Origin: Sporopachydermia quercuum | Lineage: Eukaryota | Length of the DNA: 64,000 bases | Direction of reading: 5' to 3' | Assembly: GCA_001599295.1 (NCBI GenBank) | Contig: BCGN01000004.1 | Coordinates: 562,138 to 626,137 of the forward strand | Shown: in pieces, positions 1 to 11,900 of the stretch | Layout: each line of letters opens with the position of its first letter | How positions within the stretch are numbered: the first letter of the stretch is position 1 | Notes under the pieces: model-generated | The model's input: the letters and a program-made list of their open reading frames with translations, nothing else | The model's database searches: none | Told to the model about the DNA's origin: nothing | Made by a program: the position numbers and the translations under genes

Positions 1-2
1 GC

Positions 3-941
3 CTGAGATCATTGTTTTCTTCCAGTGTCCCACTCTCTTTTGATTTCCCACAGAAACCTGTATTCTCTACTAGATCCCAATCTGCTGCTTCTTCCAGCTT
101 AGATAATCCCTCTGAAGAGGAAATACTCCCTTTTCTGCCTAATATGACTGCAAATGAATCAGAATCACTAGAGTACCAACACTCAACTTCCGAAAATGAA
201 AACATTACGCAACTAAAATCCTTTCCTAGTGTTTTGAATGAAATCTTTGACCAAAATGAAGCTATAAAGGCTTCGTACTCACAACAAATTGGAAGAACAA
301 AAGAGAAAAGTAATATACTCCATGAGTATATCATTTTCAGAAACGTTGGATCTAGAGCTCCAGGTAGTAATGAGAGGTTCAGAAATTTAGACCTATTGCT
401 AACTGGAGTACCATGTGAAGATATACCTAAAGCTTGGTCAGAAGAAGAGATTAAGAATCATCGCAGGATTGTTCAATTTCGTCGAACACACAATGGGACA
501 TTAGTCAAAGCTGATGTTTCAATTGCTCCAGAAAGTCGATCTACGGATCTCCACAACTCAATTATAGAAGTCAGCTGTCTCAGATGGGACGATCAATATT
601 GGATAACAAGTGTTGAGCTGATTTTGACAATTGAGTTTCTAGTTGGCTTTTATGAAAGAAAATATGATCCCAGAGAGTTGTCAATAGATGATAAAAACGA
701 AGAACTGAGGGTTGAAAGAAGAAGAATCAAAAGTAATGTGCTCAAGAAATTCTTACATCCTGTGACATTATCGGAATCTTGTAGACCAGACTTTTACAGA
801 GCAATCATGAGTTATGAATCTCGAATGCCCAGAAATTTCCGAAAACCAATTAAAGTGATGGAATGGAGTAAATTAGAAAATGCTTTGGTGGCCACGATGA
901 AATATTACACAGTGTTGGAAAGAACAAGGATCGAGAAATGA
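3..941 (+). CDS. MedA/Medusa-like (DUF7082-type) putative transcriptional regulator, 5'-partial
   Basis: The frame is open from base 3; the tracked TTG at 12 is probably not the real start. Motifs WSEEEIKNHRRIVQFRR, VSCLRW, WITSVELI..IEFLV, PRNFRKPIKVMEWSKLENAL resemble the conserved C-terminal domain of fungal MedA-family proteins. Confidence 0.7.
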   Translation: MRSLFSSSVPLSFDFPQKPVFSTRSQSAASSSLDNPSEEEILPFLPNMTANESESLEYQHSTSENENITQLKSFPSVLNEIFDQNEAIKASYSQQIGRTKEKSNILHEYIIFRNVGSRAPGSNERFRNLDLLLTGVPCEDIPKAWSEEEIKNHRRIVQFRRTHNGTLVKADVSIAPESRSTDLHNSIIEVSCLRWDDQYWITSVELILTIEFLVGFYERKYDPRELSIDDKNEELRVERRRIKSNVLKKFLHPVTLSESCRPDFYRAIMSYESRMPRNFRKPIKVMEWSKLENALVATMKYYTVLERTRIEK

Positions 942-1016
942 CAAGGAACGAAGTAAAATGACGAATGGGTAATGACTGATGAAAACAATAGATAGTTTTT
1001 CTTTTTTTTTTTTTTT

Positions 1017-1176
1017 NNNNNNNNNNNNNNNNNNNNNNNNNNNNNNNNNNNNNNNNNNNNNNNNNNNNNNNNNNNNNNNNNNNNNNNNNNNNNNNNNNNN
1101 NNNNNNNNNNNNNNNNNNNNNNNNNNNNNNNNNNNNNNNNNNNNNNNNNNNNNNNNNNNNNNNNNNNNNNNNNNNN
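1017..1176. other. Assembly gap (160 N) following a poly-T run
   Basis: Run of N directly in the sequence. Confidence 1.
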
Positions 1177-4100
1177 AATGTTGATTTGAAATAGTGAACT
1201 TATGAACAAATAGTAACGAATTATGAATGTATAGATGTTCTCATAAAAAATGTTTTTGTTATGAGGTTAAGCAGAGCAAGTTGGCTGATGATAATATCAT
1301 AGAATCAATATATATGTATTTGATGTCAACAAGTTTGCATCATTTGAAGGTCCATTTACTTCATGGAATGAAATGAAGAAAAAGAGTACTATCTACACCT
1401 GCTATTAGACTTGAAACCTTAACAACTTTAATCAGTATCATAATTTTAGCAATTGATTAAAAGGTTTCATCCAACGGGAAGGATGAAGAAGAATTAGTTC
1501 AAACATATATCGTTTCTATCTTAATCAGAAACAAGGCTCATTCAACGGCAATCTCTACTCAGAAGAAATGAAGACGAGGTAATTCCTCAAAAATCGCTAT
1601 CAAAAAGCAGTAGGTGTAATAATGTTGTAAACTATTATAATATTATTAACGTTTAATACTTAAATATATTATAGATACTATTTAATATAAATATTGTTCG
1701 TATGTTTTAGTAGATGTAGTTTCATCATTAAAAATAAAGCCTGTACGTAAAATGTACATAGAAGTCAATAATTTAAAGTTTAATTTTAAAGTTACACTTG
1801 AAGAAGAAACAAATTTTGCTGAAAAAACCAAACTTAGACTTACTCAATAAAGTTTGTCTAAAGAAAGCTTGATCATTCAAAAAGAAAGTATGTTCACTGT
1901 TTACACTATCACTGATCGGTTCTGAGCCCAGGGAATAGGAATTAATTTCATTCATTTTATTATCCCTTTTCCTCGTATTATAATGTTATAAGCATCTTCC
2001 TGTTCCCTAACTAGGGGGAAATTGCATTGATTGAAAGATGAGCTTAAATCGGAAACTAACCCCAATATCATGTTATTAATTATAGCTTTCGCAGGTCAAT
2101 GTCTTGATGGACATTGTAATAGCAGCGATACTAATTTTTCCTTCTTTTCTTTTTTGGTTCCTTATAAAATGCTTATAACAATAGTACTATAAAACATTCC
2201 TTGCCCATAAATTATAGGTCTTTCAAGCCGTTAGTACCTTCATAAACCGAAAGAATAAGCTCGTTCTANGAGGCCCAATACTACCCATATGTAAGCTGTT
2301 AATTGATAAACACAATATAATATAGTGTAAACAGCGACGCATTCAGTTTTGCTTATCAATAGCTAATTTATAGCACTTAAATAAAATGACTACTCACGTC
2401 AGGAAGTGTGGGCAAGTTGATTTAGCCTTCGGGGTATATAGGTGTACCTTATAGCAGACGTTTTATCCTATCCCGAAGTCACCGAATCAAGAAATGGTAT
2501 ATGCTGTTATAAATAAAATAAAAAGAATCCTTTGGGGGNAACGTCAATTTACCTGTCTCGAAAAATTACAGACTTCAGAACAGATTTTATGTCTATTCGT
2601 TCCATTTTGGTTGTTCACCATCCATAAACGTACTTCCGATAGCCATCCCAGTGGTACACCATGTGATGCGAGAATGATAAAGTAGGAGGTATAAATCGTA
2701 TGTAGTAAATCGGGTAGTAGTTAATAAATTGAAAGACAACAGTATCAATAAGCAAGAGCTCACGACTTCAAATTATAACGGGCGTATCCACACGAGCTAT
2801 TAGTAGGAACAAATAGCATTGCTTTGTACGTCTCATATTTAAATCTAACAAGTATCTAAAACCTAAAGAATCTAATTTATATTGGTAACCTACTTGAAAT
2901 TCTAAAAACAAAGAATAACCACTCAAAGTAAGTAATCAAGTATCGTCTCATGACTCTAGATGCCTCAATTTCAATCCTTATCAATATAATTAGAACATGT
3001 CTAACATTTTTTCGATGATCGATTATAAATGGCAAAGAAATAGAGTCTACATTGCGCGTGAAGACAAATAGAAATTGTGGTTCCCTATTCGAGCAATATT
3101 CGGTTAGAACTCCACTAGTTGTAAAAGCGAGGCTGCTTCATCATGAGAAATATCATTTCTCTTATCTATATCAACAAGCATGCCATATAATAACTCAAAG
3201 GTCGTACCATTTGATTTCCTATTTACCAGTTCACAGAATTTCAAACCAAATTTGTCTCAGGCTACCTCATTTAACTATAAAACACTTATCTTATCATGTA
3301 TATGGTATATACTATCAAACAACCCTTCCATCAAATTTTTTGTTTTGGGCTGAGAAACTTTCATTCTTTTTTCTTAATTACTTCAGCTTATTATCATCTC
3401 AAAATGTAAGCTTAACATTTGAACATAATCGGTTGGTTAATCTATATTTATTTATCATCAAAGCATTCCAAAGCAGTTACTTAAAAACGTCATCGGTTCC
3501 GCTAAAATTCGATCACCAACTAATCAATCTTCATTTACATTTCCTAATCAAGAGAATTTCTTTAACGGTGCTTTCCCCGGATTAATTATAAACTTTAATT
3601 AAAATTGTAATTGGTAGAATATGAAATCATCATCGTATGAGCTGATTCATGTAGTCTAAAAATTGTTCAACTTTTGGTATTTTTATGATTTGAAAGTTCA
3701 ATAAGTAGAGAAGTCAAGTAACTTTCACTTTATGGTTGCTTATCATATGGTATAAGTCAGTTGTATGGTATTCACCCCACATTGATATCATCGCAAATAA
3801 ACTTCTGTCTGCATTCAACATACATATACTCAATTGCATTTTAAGGTTCGTATAACTATAGCTTACTATATTAGGAATTATTTTATCTCGGTAAGAAAGC
3901 CGTATCTGGATAAATCTGGGGAATCGGTCAAGTTCCCGTTATAAAGGTGGAGGGAGTATTATAAAGCAGTATCATAGTAATTACAAAAAAAGAAGCTACT
4001 GCAGTGGAGCTTTTGAGATGTTTTAAAATATTCGATATAGGAATATAGGGTTTCACAACCCAAGTATGTGTAGATATTTCTNTTGGATACATAAAAGGAG

Positions 4101-4236
4101 GTGTTTTCCCAGTGAAGATTTTCTGTTCTGTACTGTAAGTTCCGTCAAGAATTTCAACCAGATCCAAGAGTAAATAAAAGTAGTACCACAAATAAAACAA
4201 AGGCTACAGATTACTCAAACAATCAAGTAAACAAAA

Positions 4237-5181
4237 ATGGCACCATCTGTAGTTGCAACATTAACCGAACCTACTCTCATCAGAACTGATGAGGGAGGCA
4301 AGTTGGAAATTATCGATGAAAGTGTTCTTGAAGTTAACGTTCTCAAGGACCAGCTTAGAAGTGACAACTGGAAGGCAGAATCACATTTCGATACGGAAAA
4401 GGACAAGACTCAATTTAGAAGATATGAAGAAGCTTGTGATAGAGTCAAGATATTCTACAAAGAGCAACATGAAAAGCAAACTGTAGCTTATAACTTGCAG
4501 GCGAGAATTAATTTCAAATCTAAGACCAGAGCTCAAATGACTATCTGGGAAGCACTTGAAAGATTGAATACTTTGATTGATGAATCTGATCCTGATACTG
4601 AGTTATCTCAAATTGAACATGCTTTACAAACGGCTGAAGCTATGAGAAGAGATGGTAAACCTAGATGGATGCAATTAACTGGNTTATTGCACGATATGGG
4701 AAAACTTTTATACTTTTTTGACGCCCAGGGGCAATGGGATGTTGTTGGTGATACATTTCCAGTTGGTTGCAGGTTTTCGGACAAGATCATCTATCCTGAT
4801 ACCTTCAAGAATAATCCTGATTACGATCACCCTATCTATTCAACCGAAAACGGTATTTATACCCTTGGCTGTGGTCTTGATAATGTCATGCTTTCTTGGG
4901 GTCATGACGAATACATGTATCATGTTTGCAGAGATCAATCCACATTACCTGATGAAGCTTTGGCTATGATTCGCTACCATTCTTTCTATCCTTGGCATAG
5001 AGAGGGTGCCTATCACCACCTTATGAATGAACATGACGAAAAGATGTTGGAAGCTGTCAAAGCTTTCAATCCATATGATCTGTACTCTAAGTCTGATGAC
5101 TTATGTGATGTTGATAAGCTTAAGCCTTACTATTTGGAATTAATTGATGAATTCTTCCCCAACAAGGTCGTTAACTTCTAA
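4237..5181 (+). CDS. MIOX: myo-inositol oxygenase
   Basis: 314 aa intact ORF with [49 protein letters not shown] and FNPYDLYSK di-iron HD-fold motifs. Confidence 0.97.
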   Translation: MAPSVVATLTEPTLIRTDEGGKLEIIDESVLEVNVLKDQLRSDNWKAESHFDTEKDKTQFRRYEEACDRVKIFYKEQHEKQTVAYNLQARINFKSKTRAQMTIWEALERLNTLIDESDPDTELSQIEHALQTAEAMRRDGKPRWMQLTXLLHDMGKLLYFFDAQGQWDVVGDTFPVGCRFSDKIIYPDTFKNNPDYDHPIYSTENGIYTLGCGLDNVMLSWGHDEYMYHVCRDQSTLPDEALAMIRYHSFYPWHREGAYHHLMNEHDEKMLEAVKAFNPYDLYSKSDDLCDVDKLKPYYLELIDEFFPNKVVNF

Positions 5182-5708
5182 GTTAGTTAAGATCTTGCAA
5201 ATGATTTTGAACGGCTGAATTAATGTAATTGTATAGTGGCTCTATCAGGTGTTGATTAATCGAGACTTTGGTTTCTATGATATAACTTATGATTCAGAAG
5301 GTAGAAAATTCAATCCACTCGTACTGTTGTAAAAGTATACTTGACAATTGGCAAATTGTAAATAAAAGCTTGAAACCCTTGTGATCTTTGTTAAAGAACC
5401 TCGACTGAAAACTGGAATGGTTATGTAATCATTAAATGCTGTACTATCATCACGTCTCGCTGTATGCCACCATTTTCATGATGAGACAAATGACGTTGCA
5501 ATAAATTACTGATAATGTAATCATAAAAGTTATTTTTCCTCTCATTACGAGTATCTACTTATCTTCCTACGATTGTCTCTAATCAAATGGCACCTTGAAA
5601 GAGCATTATCTGTTAGATGAAAACTTATGGCAATTGCCACGATTTACTTTGACGCTTTTGTATTCTTCACTTATATATAGTACTCAGTTAACTACATTAT
5701 CATTGAAA

Positions 5709-6335
5709 ATGGTTAACCTAACTTGTGTCGCAGATATCTGTCTCATCCCAGTAAGTATACCAAGCAATCAACCGTGAGCTATTATAGTAGTTATAGCACA
5801 GGGAATGATCATATATATTAGACCATATCAGTTTAAATCTAACATATAAGCAGCTAGCCACTCCAACTACATCTGTTTCAGAATATGTTACAGCGGTTGT
5901 CAAGCATGTTCAAAGTAGTGGCCTAGACCATTGTTTACATAGTGCTGGAACTACTATTGGTATGTACTATGTAATATCTTTTGCTCAAATGCCGGCTTCA
6001 TGAGCAATGAGAAGAAAACTTCAAAATTATACGTGTCAATTGAATCAACTAACACATTTGCTTTATTTAAAGAAGGGCCTTGGGATGACGTTATGCGTGT
6101 AATTGGAGAAGCTCATGAATTAGTTCATAGTATGGGAGTTCTAAGAATTCAAAGCGATATCCGAATTGGAACAAGGTAAGTTCTTTATCGCTNAACTAAG
6201 GGAATTAGGCAACAACCACATTGAATTCTTAAAACTAGCATTTATATTAACTATCTGAACAGAACTGACAGGAAACAACATTTCAGCGAAAAGGTTGATT
6301 CTGTCAAATCCAAGTTAGAGGCAAGCAAAGAGTAA
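5709..6335 (+). CDS. ECM15: UPF0045/thiamine-binding-protein family (Ecm15-like); 4 exons: 5709-5750, 5854-5959, 6073-6175, 6263-6335
   Basis: Introns start GTAAGT (5751), GTATGT (5960) and GTAAGT (6176), with CTAAC/ACTAAC/ATTAAC branch points and AG ends. Spliced product [26 protein letters not shown]...[24 protein letters not shown]...[30 protein letters not shown] matches Ecm15. Missed by the ORF track. Confidence 0.92.
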
Positions 6336-6763
6336 TTGGTATTCAAATGAAGAATGAAGATAACTGGGAAATATAACGATCAAATAAACTCCTGTATCGT
6401 TAAAAGCTACCTTAGTACAATTCTCTATACGATACAAAACAAAAAAAAGTATTATATATAGTGGTTGCAATTGATTATCAGAGCGAGGCAGAAACCTTGG
6501 GGCAATGATCAACAGAAATTGACGTTTTGTCTTTTTTGTCTTTTTGTCGTTCAAATTGCAACGTTTCCGACTTCTTCCACTCTAAGGTTCAAAGTCATGA
6601 TCTATTATTGATATTGAAAGACAATATATATTTGTCTATTTTACCTTTATGAATAATTGTTGGTTATAGTTTACAGCTGTCTGTTCAGTTTGATTTCTAA
6701 AGATCTGCTGATCCTCTTTGTAGAAAAAAATGTTTGCAACTTGCACCAGCCGTGAATTGAACA

Positions 6764-8360
6764 CTAGGCTGCAATATCAGCAGCTAAGTCAACTATAACA
6801 TTTATCACGGCAACCAAAACTTGAACACCTATCAACACTATAACTATAAACTCCAAATAGACCTCTATCAGTGATTTTGTTAGTATTCAGGAATTCCTTT
6901 GGCTAATAATAAATTAACCGCATAAGCTGAAACTACTCAACAAACATATTATACATACCATGAGCATGACCAAGCTGCTCCTTCAACATTTGAAGTAAAT
7001 CAGAAATAACCTCCAATCTTTGATTTAGTAAAGCTACTCTTTGGTTGATTTCTAAATAGCCTCTTGCCGCCTGATAAATAGGTTCTAAATGAGGCTCAGC
7101 CCACATAATCTCAGGTGAATCCAAGACAGATCCGTGTAAGTTGATATTGATCCTTAGAATAAATAGTTCACCAATACTTTTCATAATATCCTTCCTATTC
7201 ATATTGACTTTTCCTGTTAATGCTATTTCCTGGGGTAACTCTTGTGTATCTTCAATAGTGTTATCAACTAATTCTTCAAACAGCGATATTTTCACTGATT
7301 GGGCAATTGCATGAGATATTGACAGTTTAAGCATATAATTAGAACCGTCTCTTAAGGTAATGAAATCATTGTAAATCTATAAGCGATATTTCGTTAGTAC
7401 CAACCAAAAATGCCAAAATACCTTCGAACATAACTCTAGTATTATTGTAGGCTCACGACTGTAAGTCTCAACAATCACTTCACTTACTCTTGGCTGGTAA
7501 CTATTCGTTATGTAATAATTGAATTCTTCTATTTGAATATCCTCATCTGCTAGCTTTTCAACTTCAAATCTTTCTATTTCCTTCAAAATCGCAGTTTCCT
7601 CCTGCACNGAGAATCCCCACATGACAACTACACCATAATCGAAAAAGAAAAGATCGGTTCTTCCATCTTTACCAACATCAATCTCACCACCTTCGTTATC
7701 TAAACGTATCAGATATTGTTTCTGCGAATTGACTCCTGACTCAGGAAACTTGAAAGGAGTATATAAGCATTCGTCAAACATCTTTGGCGCTGTTTGCCTA
7801 TACCTTCGCTTTTCTGACATATAGCGGGCGAGCTCTTTCAGTCTATACGAGCTTGCTGTGCAATAAGCAGTTACTCTAGGTAAAAGCTTCCTATGGGTCT
7901 TTCCTAATCTTTCAGCATCTTTCCGTGCTGGAGCTTCTTTGATTTTTGTTACCTGAGAGTAAACCTCTCTCCCTGATTCTTCATTATCGTATAATGGTTC
8001 ATCTGGTAAGATTTTCAGCTTCTGAGAAGTTCTTGATGTCCTCTGAGGTCCTTGTTTTGGTATTGTTTTAGTTGCACTTCCACTGGCTACAATGGTCGGT
8101 ATCCTCGCCTGTGATTTAGTAGTGGTTCTTTTCAAACCTGATGAAGTTCCTGTTGTGGATGCTGGTGATCTAGCGCCTGAAGCTAAACTGCTGTCTTTGC
8201 TTGCTTGAGGTAAGTTGGCTTCTAGATCGACTTTCATATGATCACTGTTCGTAGTTTTTACATCAGAAGAAACAGTTTCTATACTGCTATTACTGGATTT
8301 TGTGCCATCTGTGGTATTCATGGTTCTATTATTGTTAGTGGTATTAGTATCATTCGACAT
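6764..8360 (-). CDS. RMD1: RMD1/DUF155 family sporulation protein; exons 8360-7488, 7376-6959, 6864-6764
   Basis: Motifs LPRVTAYCTASSY, FDYGVVVMWGF, QPR|IYNDFITL, SHAIAQSVKISLFE, YLEINQRVALLNQRLEV and C-terminal TM segment EVYLEFIVIVLIGV. Introns GTAAGT..TACTAAC..TAG (7487-7377) and GTATGT..TACTAAC..TAG (6958-6865) join the two tracked ORFs in frame. Confidence 0.93.
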
Positions 8361-8745
8361 ATTGATTTTGAGCAGTTGATCCGATGTCCTGTCTAAAGCT
8401 CAAACAATAATCGATAAGTAAACACTCTTTAGTAACTAATTATCATTTCCACTCCTTCGCACACCTTAACTTGTAACAACTTTATTTATAGGAGAGTACA
8501 AAAAGACTCCTAATGTTCTATCAATTGACGCAATCTGGTTCAATTAACCTATGTTCATCCGTTTCTCGTTTATCACAATCGTTACTATTTTCTAGATCTT
8601 ATGTCTCTCTATATTGTCTGCTTTTTTCCTCTCATTTGCTTCATCACAGTCCTTGTCGTACATTTATACGACTGAACCTTCAACATCATCTCTAGAATAT
8701 CCCCTCGTACGTTCCCCTGGAGTGGTGAGACGTGAAGCTTGCAAC

Positions 8746-8766
8746 AATTTTTCAAAGGTTACCCGG
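8746..8766. promoter_or_regulatory. RRPE-like element (AATTTTTCA, 8746-8754) next to a Reb1-type site (TTACCCGG, 8759-8766) upstream of UTP20
   Basis: Motif matches about 200 bp upstream of the UTP20 ATG, the usual arrangement for ribosome-biogenesis promoters. Confidence 0.55.
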
Positions 8767-8961
8767 TATTAACATCGCAGCATAGATTGTATTGCCATAG
8801 TAAACAAATTTTTTTTGTTTAGTATCAAGTTATCAATCATGANCTGAGCAATAACGAGAATGATGAATATGAAGGTAGATAGCTTTTGCTATGAGCAGAA
8901 TTTGATGAATTGATGTCAAAGATTGAGCCGACACAGGTGGGGTCAGTTATATTCTAGAAAG

Positions 8962-11900
8962 ATGGCGAAAAAACAGAAAACAACGAAGTCCAACAGAAGG
9001 TATACTGTAAGTAGCGTAGTACTTGATAAGACATGATTTGTGTTCACGAATGAACTAGTGGTTGATAATACATTGTTTGGATTAGCATCGATCATGACTA
9101 TGAGATTGTTATAGTGAATTAATTGACATTTTTACTAACTAAGTTACAACAGTTTGTTGGATTTCGGGAGAGAATCGAAGCAGTGAAAGTAACGCCTGCC
9201 TTAAAACTGCGTACTAAAAGAGTTGATGAAACAGAAACATCTCATTTCTTAGCATCCTTGGAATATTGGAGCGAAGTGAATTTATCAGAGAAATTTGTTG
9301 ATTTCACTTATCAAGTTTCTGATAAAACTCAATCCTTAACCCAAATTCTTTATTATCAGAACGACATATTTGATATCCTTGAAAGACAGATAAATGATGG
9401 TCAAGAGAAGAGTCTTAAGCCACTACTTGATTTGCTTGCTCAGTTTGCAAGAGATTTGGGTGAAGACTTCATGAAATTTTATCCCAGAGCATTAGAAATT
9501 CTATGTAAGATTATATCGGATAAAACAGCTGCAGAGCCTATCGAATCTGCTTTTGATTGCATGGCTTGTTTGTTCAAGTACTTATCTAGGAGGTTATGCC
9601 AAGATTTGATACCTACATTCCTAATTCTCAAACCGATACTCGAAATGACTAAACGAGAGTACTTGGCAAGACTGGCATCTGAAGGATTATCTTTTCTTGT
9701 TAGAAAAAGCAGTACTGATGTTTTTGATGCTTTTGTCAAAGAAGGGTTTACTGTTCTTCTGAAGGAAAGGTCAATTGGCTTGTATAACTCTTTAGTGAAG
9801 ATATTCGTGGAATCTATGATTTCTACGAAGGAGTCCTTTTACTCCAAGTCAACTATTATCCTTGAACACTTATTGCAATATTCGTATGAATTTACACTAC
9901 AAGATTCAACTTTTTCAANTTGTGTATGCGATGTGTTAATTCAATTGTTCCGTCATGGTTCTGCTAATACTGTTGAACCTATAAACAAAGTGGTATACGA
10001 GAAATTTACCATAAATAATGATAGAATTGTCAAGAATGACTCAGATACATTTGATGTTGAGTACANTACTCTTTTTTTCAGGTCGAAACTACTATTAAGT
10101 TGCCTGGTCAGTGAAAGTGGTACTAAAGTATCCGACTGGAGTATTATCAGAGATACATTGTTTGATATACTTGGGAGTACTAAACAATTAGTTATACAAC
10201 ATAACCAAGAAGTTGCAAGACTTGACGAACAGCAGATTAGAAATTTAACCCAATTGAACTGCCAATGTGCCGTTATGTATTCTAGAAACTCTGAACTTGA
10301 TGTGTTCACCAGAAGTCATATAAAGTTATTTGAATTACTTCAACAACAATATGATATAAAAGATTTCCTATACTATATTTATGCTCTTTCAAAGGTTTCA
10401 CCATCAAGATTCACATTTTTATGTGAAAGATATTTACAAAAGATGCTAAATGCTCATGGTAAAGAATATCCTGAGGTTTTCTCTGTTCTGTTGTTTGAAC
10501 TAGATAAGTCAAAAATGTTGGTACCACATTCTGTCACTGTTCCTGTTGATGGCAAAATAAGAATTGTAGTTAATGATGATCTTGCAAATTCATTGCTTCA
10601 ACAGATCAAGCAAATAGTTAGTGATGGTAATTATAAAGGAAAAGAAACTAATGTCAAAATATATTGGTATTTATCCATGTTGAAGTTCAATGGTCTCGGT
10701 TCAAAAGCAGGTGAACAACTAATGGTGCTGCTGATTGGACTTTCTCAACAGGCAGCTTTTGTTGATCTTGAGGCTAACGAGCAAATGATGATATTAGGAG
10801 TTTTCCTGGATACGATTGCATATATTAAACCTAGTATTGATGTGATTGTCAATATTATTCCTCTAATCAAGGCATATTTTGATGAGACTAAACAATCTAT
10901 TAGCTTCTTATCTGGACTATTTAGTATGTTGAAATCAGCTCAAAAATTGTTTACCAAGAAGGAAACTAAGAAATTGTTTGATAGTTCAGATCTCTCTTTA
11001 CTTCTTGATGGATTATATACCAATCTCTCATTACCATCTCATGAAGTTCGAGAAGTTTCTTTGCAACTCATTGTTATTTTATTAGATTTTTTGAACACGG
11101 CTTACCCTGATATTGTTGGTCTTATGCAAGATATAGAAAGTATACCACTTGATATCAAAACAGGTAGAGATATTAGTCTAAAAATACGTTCCTTAGCAAA
11201 GGAGTTTATCAAAATCAACAGTGAGGCGAAGGAAGGTAATAACATTAATAAGCATATTCAGTTAGATATTATCAATGTGATTGTTCCTAATTATTTATTT
11301 GGTATAGCGGGAACAAGGTTTCAACCAGTGTGGGATGCATCTATAGAAGCCATCAAAGATGTCTTCCCAATTGCTGAAGGATTGATATGGGATCTTTGTT
11401 ATCAATCATTGACACGACAGGATAAGGAGATCATTCAAAATGCGTTAGAAGAGGATTTAACTAATGAAAACGACAATGATGAGAACAAGACTGAAAATGA
11501 AGCTGATGAAACTCATATTGAAAATGAAAATGCATCTCTGGGTGAATCAGCAGACTCGTTTACTAAATTCGGAAACAAAGAAGAAGTGGAAGAAGAATCG
11601 ACTACTTCAGCAATAGAAGTGACTGATAGAAAGTTCAATACTGTCAATTATAATGTCATTTCATACTTTGAGAGCATTCGATCACCAAAGCAAACATTGT
11701 TTACACTTCAAGAATCAAATACGATTGAATTTCCAGCGTTAATCAAAACAAATGTACTTAAATTATTAAACAATTGTTCATTGATTGCTGAAAAACACAA
11801 CAAGCAATTAGTTCCTATTTTACTGTCAACGTTAGATGATGGCCCAAACTCAACTGATAGTAATAGAGAAAATGAGGATGATAATAAAAGTAACAATAAG

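Noticed and set aside
850..1209. ORFs spanning the N gap
   Set aside because: Artefacts of translating N runs.
3052..3585. 177-aa ORF upstream of MIOX
   Set aside because: TTG start, Leu/Ile/Phe/Tyr/His composition typical of AT-rich non-coding DNA, no recognisable motif.
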